This document shows, piece by piece, positions 54,725 through 61,105 of a stretch of DNA of 61,105 bases (position 1 is its first letter; every line of letters begins with the position of its first letter). Position numbers and translations under genes: made by a program. Below the pieces are notes generated by a model. It had not been told where the DNA came from. It made no database searches and saw nothing but the letters and a program-made list of their open reading frames with translations. The stretch lies in IMG/VR virus record IMGVR_UViG_3300025771_000029, positions 1-61,105 of that record. One strand, 5' to 3'. This DNA is from a virus (Duplodnaviria; Caudoviricetes).

Positions 54725-56001
54725 TTCGCGCTTTCATACAGCAAGCACTGCTTAGAGCAATTAGCGAGGCTAATGCACAGATTAGCCTTGCGGACGTTCG
54801 CACAGCAGAAATGATTGCTACAAACGTGCATTTGGACTCTGGATCGTTGTTTGTCGGTAAGATTATTTCTCTAACTGATGAAATGTTATTGGCCGATCTT
54901 ATGCGAGTCGCAGTGGAAAAAGCCATTATCGATTCGGCAGGCAGTTCTGATCTTTACGTTGCTCACTTGTTCAAAAATGTTTCTGACGTGGTGTCCACGG
55001 GCACGGTTCTGGACGCCGCCGCTGTTCAATTTGCAAAGAATGTCTCAGAAATGGCTGAGGCTAGCGATAGCTTTAGTTTTGACCTCGATACTGTTTACGC
55101 AGACGCGTGGTCGGCGACTGATATAGCTCAGATATATTTTCAGCCTGCGTACTCAGACGCCGCGTCTAGTACTGACAGCTATCTATGGAGTTTTTCTAAA
55201 AATCTGTCAGAAGCTCCACAAATTACTGACGCGCAAATATTTACAGTCAATAAAAGTTTAACTGATACGCCCGTAGCTGCAGACGTGTTTTCCCGTGTAG
55301 TACAGTACGTGCGAACGTTTAGCGACTCAGTTAGTGTTGGAGACTCAATTTCTCCTTCAATAACTGAGGGCTTAAATCAGTTCCCCCAAAATACGGCGGG
55401 AGCAACAGACGTTGCTGCTTTAGGTTACAGCAAGTCTATTTCCGAAAGCCCGTCAGCAACGGATGTTCACTCTTACACATTCAGCAAGACCCTTAGCGAA
55501 GCCCCGTCAATATCAGAGCAGGTAGGCAAAACACCCAGCTTGGTTAAGTCGGATGGCGCGGACGCCGCTGACAGCCCGCTACTCCTGCTTGAGAAAAACT
55601 TTGGCACCGGCCTTCAGACAGGAAACACGGCAGAAGTTAGTGAGAGTACTGTGTTCTCTCTGTCTCTTGTCAGGACCGAAACGCCTTCGGTTGCCGACGT
55701 GTTCGCCAAGTCGATTTCCAAAGTTATTGCTGACACCGCTGACATCTCGGATGCGTTCTCACTTGAGGAAGTGGTTAACCCCAGCAACACAGCCAATGCG
55801 ACAGACGCTGCTGCTTTCTCCTTCGGCGCGAACAAATCAAACACTTTCGATGCGGCGGATGCTTACGTTGCCGCATTCTCCAAGACCCTAGAAGACCCCG
55901 CTAACTGCTCCGACACGGGCGTTCTTCTGGCTCAGGGCTACGTCAGTAGCACTGACTATTTCAGCGACGACTTTGTCGGAGTCAAACGAACCCTAACCTA
56001 A
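54721..56001 (+). CDS. Repetitive structural (fibre) protein
   Basis: About 19-aa K.LSD...A.D repeats; C-terminal DYF..D.VG. Confidence 0.6.
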   Translation: MIRAFIQQALLRAISEANAQISLADVRTAEMIATNVHLDSGSLFVGKIISLTDEMLLADLMRVAVEKAIIDSAGSSDLYVAHLFKNVSDVVSTGTVLDAAAVQFAKNVSEMAEASDSFSFDLDTVYADAWSATDIAQIYFQPAYSDAASSTDSYLWSFSKNLSEAPQITDAQIFTVNKSLTDTPVAADVFSRVVQYVRTFSDSVSVGDSISPSITEGLNQFPQNTAGATDVAALGYSKSISESPSATDVHSYTFSKTLSEAPSISEQVGKTPSLVKSDGADAADSPLLLLEKNFGTGLQTGNTAEVSESTVFSLSLVRTETPSVADVFAKSISKVIADTADISDAFSLEEVVNPSNTANATDAAAFSFGANKSNTFDAADAYVAAFSKTLEDPANCSDTGVLLAQGYVSSTDYFSDDFVGVKRTLT

Positions 56002-56013
56002 AGGAACTAAGCC

Positions 56014-56460
56014 ATGATCATCGATGGACTCAAAGCTAAGGGAACACTGGACATCATTGTTCGTGGCCCCGATGGAAGTATCAAAGACGAGAAGAAGGTT
56101 GAAAACCTGATTGTTGACACTGGACTGGACTACATTGCATCTCGCATGAGCGGTACGAGCGAGAACGTAATGAGCCACATGGCAGTGGGCACTGGCTCTA
56201 CTGCTGCGGCTGGCGCTGACACTGCTCTCGGCACCGAGCTGGATCGTAACGCCTTAACCAGCACCACGGTTACAGATAACGCTATTGCATATGTTTGTAG
56301 CTGGGCCGCAGGTGACGGAACTGGTTCATTGACCGAAGCCGGTATCTTCAATGCCTCTTCAGCAGGAACGATGCTCTGCCGTACGGTCTTTGGGACCGTC
56401 ACAAAAGCTGCTGATGACAGCATGACCATTACGTGGACTATAACGGTCTCAGCTTCCTAA
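56014..56460 (+). CDS. Structural protein (fibre attachment/collar-like)
   Basis: NLIVD.G, MAVGTG...A...DT.L..E, TEAGIFNA and ITWTI motifs. Confidence 0.65.
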   Translation: MIIDGLKAKGTLDIIVRGPDGSIKDEKKVENLIVDTGLDYIASRMSGTSENVMSHMAVGTGSTAAAGADTALGTELDRNALTSTTVTDNAIAYVCSWAAGDGTGSLTEAGIFNASSAGTMLCRTVFGTVTKAADDSMTITWTITVSAS

Positions 56461-56474
56461 TATAGGAAAACACG

Positions 56475-57362
56475 ATGGCAACCATTGTCACTCGTAGTGG
56501 AAAGGGTTCACCTCTGACTAACACAGAGGTGGACTCTAATTTCACTAATCTGAATACAGACAAGATCGAGGACGCTCCATCTGACGGAACCACTTATGCC
56601 CGTCAGTCTGGTGCGTGGACGGCGGTTACTGCTGCTGCGGCTACGATCACAACGTCTAGCACAGCACCGTCATCTCCATCTGATGGAGACGTTTGGTATT
56701 CAGAAAGTAATGGCGTTACTTACGTGTATTACGACGATGGAACATCTTCGCAGTGGGTGGCTACTGGTGCGCCGACTGGTTCGCTAGGTGGTTTCAGCAA
56801 TTTGTCTGAGATGAGTGACGTAGCAATCACGTCTGTCCAAGATAAAGACATTCTCGTTTATGACAGCGGCGCGTCCAAGTGGATAAACGAAACGCCTGTC
56901 ATTGAGCAGTGGGAAAGCGGAACGTTGACCTTCGGCGCGAGCACAAACTCCGTTGTTAGTTCAGGTTGGGCGCGGCAGACAAATATTAACGGCGCAATGA
57001 CGCAGACATCTGGTGTGTTTACCTTCCCTTCTACTGGTCATTGGCTTGTTAGAGCTGACTTTTCTTTTTATGGCACTTCCTCCTCAAATCGGACTGCAGC
57101 AATTCTTGGGGGAAGCATAGAAAAAACTACAGACGGCTCGACCTACTCGAACCTCACTGGAAATAGCTTTGCTGATAGATCACATCAGACTAGCTCTTCT
57201 AACACGGCGGAGCATAATTCAACAGCCACGCTTTCTTTTGTTTTTGATGTAACTAGCACTAGCACACATAAAATAAGGCTTAGAGCCAAATCAGACTCAA
57301 ACGCTGCCTCAAGTGACAAGTTAGATGTCCATGTGCTGTTTCAGCGACTAGGGGCAACCTAA
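56475..57362 (+). CDS. Tail fibre protein
   Basis: R..KGSPLT..EVD.NF.NL, DAPSDG..Y.R and PS.P..GD.W motifs. Confidence 0.65.
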   Translation: MATIVTRSGKGSPLTNTEVDSNFTNLNTDKIEDAPSDGTTYARQSGAWTAVTAAAATITTSSTAPSSPSDGDVWYSESNGVTYVYYDDGTSSQWVATGAPTGSLGGFSNLSEMSDVAITSVQDKDILVYDSGASKWINETPVIEQWESGTLTFGASTNSVVSSGWARQTNINGAMTQTSGVFTFPSTGHWLVRADFSFYGTSSSNRTAAILGGSIEKTTDGSTYSNLTGNSFADRSHQTSSSNTAEHNSTATLSFVFDVTSTSTHKIRLRAKSDSNAASSDKLDVHVLFQRLGAT

Positions 57363-58135
57363 TGGCTACGGTTGTCACAGTATCAGGTAAAGGCTCGCCT
57401 CTCAGCGCCACTGAGATGGACGCAAACTTCTCTAACTTGAATACAGACAAGTTAGACGACGCGCCCTCAGATGGTACGCAGTACATAAGAGAAAACGGGT
57501 CGTGGGCTAATTTAGTTGCTGATTCATTTATAACAACCTCGTCTACCAAGCCATCAAACCCTATCGACGGTCAGCCTTGGTTCTCAGAGAGCAATGGGGT
57601 GACGTATGTTTACGACTCAGCGTCGGGTGACTGGGTTGCGGTGGGAACATCGTCTGGAGAGTCTGGTGTCCACTCTTTAGCCGCAATGCAGGATGTAGGC
57701 TTCACCTCCGCTGCAGCGGGCAGCTCTTTAAGTTACGAGAGCACGTCTTCTGACTGGCTAACTTCTGATAAAAACAGCTTTGTTCATGGTGTTGCGTTTG
57801 GAACTTATACCCTTTCGGCTGGAGCGTGGCTTGTTGATGTGAGGATGTCTATCGGAAAAAGCACGGCGTCTGGTGGTGTCCCCAGCGCCTCAGTACGACT
57901 GGAAACTAATGACGGAAATGGGTGGGTGACGCAGAACCCATACGACTTATGGTTCGGGGGTTTTGCAGCCACGGCAACAATTCGTGATAACTCGGCAGAT
58001 GAGCCTTTAGAAGGCGCTTGGGTGCGGCTTGTGTCTGTTAGCAGCTCTTATCAGATCAGGACTAGTTATGACCAATTTAATAGAACGGGCGATATTTCTG
58101 CTGAAGTAACAGCCGTCAAGGTCGGAGACGTTTAA
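57362..58135 (+). CDS. Tail fibre protein (paralogue)
   Basis: Same N-terminal modules as 56475-57362. Confidence 0.65.
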   Translation: MATVVTVSGKGSPLSATEMDANFSNLNTDKLDDAPSDGTQYIRENGSWANLVADSFITTSSTKPSNPIDGQPWFSESNGVTYVYDSASGDWVAVGTSSGESGVHSLAAMQDVGFTSAAAGSSLSYESTSSDWLTSDKNSFVHGVAFGTYTLSAGAWLVDVRMSIGKSTASGGVPSASVRLETNDGNGWVTQNPYDLWFGGFAATATIRDNSADEPLEGAWVRLVSVSSSYQIRTSYDQFNRTGDISAEVTAVKVGDV

Positions 58136-60057
58136 TGAATTTCCCAGACAACCCATCAGGCGGCGACCTTTTCAACGGATTTATCTATAACGCCACACTC
58201 GGCGTGTGGGACGTTGCCACATCTGACGGATACTTCGCTGTTACCAACAATGCTTCCAGTGCTTATGTCTTCAACGGATTCGGCACCGATAGCGACAGTA
58301 ACCCGACGCTTTACCTGCACAGGGGTAAGACTTACGAGTTTGCAGTAAACGCCACCGGCCATCCGTTCTACATCAAGACGGTATCTGGCACCGGCACGGG
58401 CAACGCTTACTCCGATGGTGTAACCAACAACGGAACTGCCAGCGGGACGATTAAGTTTGTTGTTCCGCAGGACGCGCCGTCTAAGCTTTATTACAACTGT
58501 TCTGCTCATGCTGCGATGGCAGGGGAAATTATCATCCCCAGGGCTGCACAAATTGATGATCTTAGTGATGTAGATACATCGACGACAGCGCCGACTGATG
58601 GGCAGGTTCTGACTTGGGACAATGCGAACAGTAAGTGGGAGCCTGCTACAGCGAGCGGCGGCATTGCGCTGACTGACATTTCTGTTACGACCAACACCGC
58701 AGGCACAGCGGCGCTTACATATACCAATAACACCGGGGTGTTTACTTATACACCTCCTGACTTATCGGGGTATCTGACAAGCATTTCAGGTCAGAGTATT
58801 GAGGACTTGTCTGATGTAAACACTATGGCCCCAACAGACGGTCAAGTGCTTACATGGGACAACGCAAACAGCCGCTGGGACGCGGCCTCGCCATCGGGCG
58901 GTAGTTATAACGACGCCAGTGTAGATACGCACCTCAATACCAGTACAGCCGCCACAAACGAAGTTTTAAGTTGGAACGGCACAGATTACGATTGGGTTGC
59001 ACAGTCGGGCGGTGGCGGCGGGGCGTCTGTAACCACCGCAGATACAGCACCAAGCTCCCCGTCTGATGGTGATCTTTGGTACGACACAACCACTCTGCGG
59101 CTTTACGTTTACTACAACGACGGATCTTCGTCGCAGTGGGTCAAGGCTAACCCCTCTGGTTCCCGCGATTCCAATACATCTGTGGCGATCCAAGAAACTG
59201 CGCCGAGCAACCCCAGCTCGGGGGATATGTGGTTCGACCCCAACGCGCTCAAGACCTATATCTATTACAACGACGGCGATTCAGATCAGTGGGTTCAGGC
59301 CAACCCGACAGGCGGCGGTGGTTCAGGGTCAGGCGGAGCGTCCGTCACTGTCTCAGATACGGCTCCTAGCAGCCCGTCCTCGGGAGATCTTTGGTGGCAC
59401 AGCACCGACTTGAAGTTGTACGTCTACTACACCGATGGCTCGTCTAACCAGTGGGTACAAACAAACCCGTCCGGCACTGTCTCTTTGGGTGTTGATGACT
59501 TAACTGACGTAGATACAACAACTGCTGCCCCATCTACGGGCGACCTATTGCAATGGAACGGAACTAATTGGGTGCCCTACACGCACACCAATGGGATTAC
59601 CGAAATAGATCAGTGGCGACTTACTGCGGATTTAACCTCAGACGCTGACCCTATTAGCGCGAACCTTGAAAGAGTAGATGATGCATCGTTTTCCAAGATT
59701 GGCACTGGAATGTCCGTCAGCAATGGCGTGTGGTCGTTCCCTAGCACTGGGCTGTGGAAAGTGAGCGTGAACGTCTCGTTTTATTTTACGGTGGTTGATT
59801 TAGCTATTCGCGTAATTATACAGGTGTCCTCAGATGGCGGCTCAAACTGGGATAACACTGCTCAAATGAAAGCGGGAACTGCTAGTGACGATAACTTTGC
59901 ACACGGCGCGGGAGAATGTTTCGTAAATTGCACAAGCACTAGCGACATAAAATTACGTTTTAGTTTCACTTCAATCTCATCTGGTAACCAAGTTATTGGG
60001 GAACCGGACACATCAGATACCTATTTCAGTTTTATGAGATTAGGGGATAGCCAATAA
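58135..60057 (+). CDS. Tail fibre protein
   Basis: NFP start, cupredoxin-like GHPFYI...YYNC..H..M, LSDV/GQVL.W and three GD.W repeats. Confidence 0.7.
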   Translation: MNFPDNPSGGDLFNGFIYNATLGVWDVATSDGYFAVTNNASSAYVFNGFGTDSDSNPTLYLHRGKTYEFAVNATGHPFYIKTVSGTGTGNAYSDGVTNNGTASGTIKFVVPQDAPSKLYYNCSAHAAMAGEIIIPRAAQIDDLSDVDTSTTAPTDGQVLTWDNANSKWEPATASGGIALTDISVTTNTAGTAALTYTNNTGVFTYTPPDLSGYLTSISGQSIEDLSDVNTMAPTDGQVLTWDNANSRWDAASPSGGSYNDASVDTHLNTSTAATNEVLSWNGTDYDWVAQSGGGGGASVTTADTAPSSPSDGDLWYDTTTLRLYVYYNDGSSSQWVKANPSGSRDSNTSVAIQETAPSNPSSGDMWFDPNALKTYIYYNDGDSDQWVQANPTGGGGSGSGGASVTVSDTAPSSPSSGDLWWHSTDLKLYVYYTDGSSNQWVQTNPSGTVSLGVDDLTDVDTTTAAPSTGDLLQWNGTNWVPYTHTNGITEIDQWRLTADLTSDADPISANLERVDDASFSKIGTGMSVSNGVWSFPSTGLWKVSVNVSFYFTVVDLAIRVIIQVSSDGGSNWDNTAQMKAGTASDDNFAHGAGECFVNCTSTSDIKLRFSFTSISSGNQVIGEPDTSDTYFSFMRLGDSQ

Positions 60058-60740
60058 TGGCCGTTAACTTTCCAAACAGCCCCTCGAACGGAGATACCTT
60101 CACCTCTGGCGGTATCTCGTTTACCTACAACTCAACAGACGGGACATGGGCTAGCAGCACCTCGGCGTCTGGGATCAACGGTCTTAGCGATGTTGATACG
60201 TCTACTAACGCTCCAACTACGGGTCAGCTCCTTCAGTGGAACGGAACTAATTGGGTGCCCTACACGCACACCAATGGGATTACCGAAATAGATCAGTGGA
60301 GGATTACGGCTGATCTATCTGTAGATACTGACCCTATTAGCGCGAACCTTGAAAGAGTAGATGATGCATCGTTTTCCAAGATTGGCACTGGAATGTCCGT
60401 CAGCAGTGGGATATGGACGTTTCCTACTACAGGACTTTACGAAATTGCTACACAAGCACTTTTTTATAACACAGCCACCGATGGCTTTATGTCTCTCACA
60501 ACGTGGGTGTCTACGGACGGGGGGGTTAATTGGGATACCACCAATGAAGCCGTAACTCAGTACACCGGAAAGTGGGGGCAGATAATGGGATCGGGTTGCA
60601 ATTATGTGAATGTCACAGATGTCTCGAATGTGAAACTTAAATTTTCATTGGACAACATGGTATCTGGAAACGTGCTCAAGGGCGCTACAAACCATAATAG
60701 GACAGCTTTCACCTTTAAAAGATTAGGGGATAGCCAATAA
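60057..60740 (+). CDS. Tail fibre protein (paralogue of the preceding C-terminal domain)
   Basis: NFP start; shared GITEIDQWR...RLGDSQ domain. Confidence 0.7.
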   Translation: MAVNFPNSPSNGDTFTSGGISFTYNSTDGTWASSTSASGINGLSDVDTSTNAPTTGQLLQWNGTNWVPYTHTNGITEIDQWRITADLSVDTDPISANLERVDDASFSKIGTGMSVSSGIWTFPTTGLYEIATQALFYNTATDGFMSLTTWVSTDGGVNWDTTNEAVTQYTGKWGQIMGSGCNYVNVTDVSNVKLKFSLDNMVSGNVLKGATNHNRTAFTFKRLGDSQ

Positions 60741-61105
60741 TGGCCGTTAACTTTCCAAGCAACCCTACTAACGGACAAACCATTACCGTTAGCGGAATCA
60801 CTTACGCTTACGACTCTACGCAGGGCGTTTGGTCTGACAGCCCGCAGGGTCTTACTCAGGCAATCGACGCGCTGACAGACGTAGATACGTCCACAGTAGC
60901 GCCCACTAACGGGCAAGTGCTGCAATGGAATAGCACGGATAGCGAATGGCAACCGGCTGATTCATCTGCTGGCGTCACGGTTTACGCAACGATTAACGAT
61001 CTGCCTTTGAGTGGAGTGGCAGAAGGGTCGATGGCGCTAGTCGATTCTACGGACAAGCTCTATATCTTCAGCGATGCGGGGTGGTATTCAATTACCCTGG
61101 TAAAC
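60740..61105 (+). CDS. 5' part of a LamG tail fibre gene, open at the window end
   Basis: MAVNFPSNPTNGQT... reads through the terminal overlap in frame with 2-2374. Confidence 0.8.
   Translation, partial: MAVNFPSNPTNGQTITVSGITYAYDSTQGVWSDSPQGLTQAIDALTDVDTSTVAPTNGQVLQWNSTDSEWQPADSSAGVTVYATINDLPLSGVAEGSMALVDSTDKLYIFSDAGWYSITLVN

Overview
The window is an essentially complete temperate, podovirus-like dsDNA phage genome. Bases 1-126 recur at 60946-61071, giving about 60,945 bp if circularised. The two arms diverge at about 33.6 kb and converge at the integrase/excisionase pair (about 12.6 kb). The minus arm (33541 to 12593) carries small early genes, an AAA ATPase/vWA-peptidase module, a family A DNA polymerase, primase-helicase, Cas4-like nuclease, SNF2 helicase, CI-like repressor and excisionase. 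The plus arm (33802 to the end, wrapping to 12609) carries terminase, portal, scaffold, an N4-gp56-like major capsid, adaptors, ejection proteins, lysis genes, a long tail-fibre array and the integrase. No RNA polymerase was recognised. A tRNA-Cys-type attP core plus CsrA-like and SutA-like genes suggest a gammaproteobacterial host (inference). The most unusual signals are non-coding: five tandem covarying H-type pseudoknots in the capsid leader; a 17-bp palindromic operator fused to sigma70 -10 boxes at about 11 sites; a second pseudoknot-rich, GGA-containing region in the early operon; an inverted iteron array; phased TGNNNCA heptamer arrays; and tail-fibre paralogues built from near-identical linkers and divergent cassettes. 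All protein calls come from motif recognition by eye; no database search was run.
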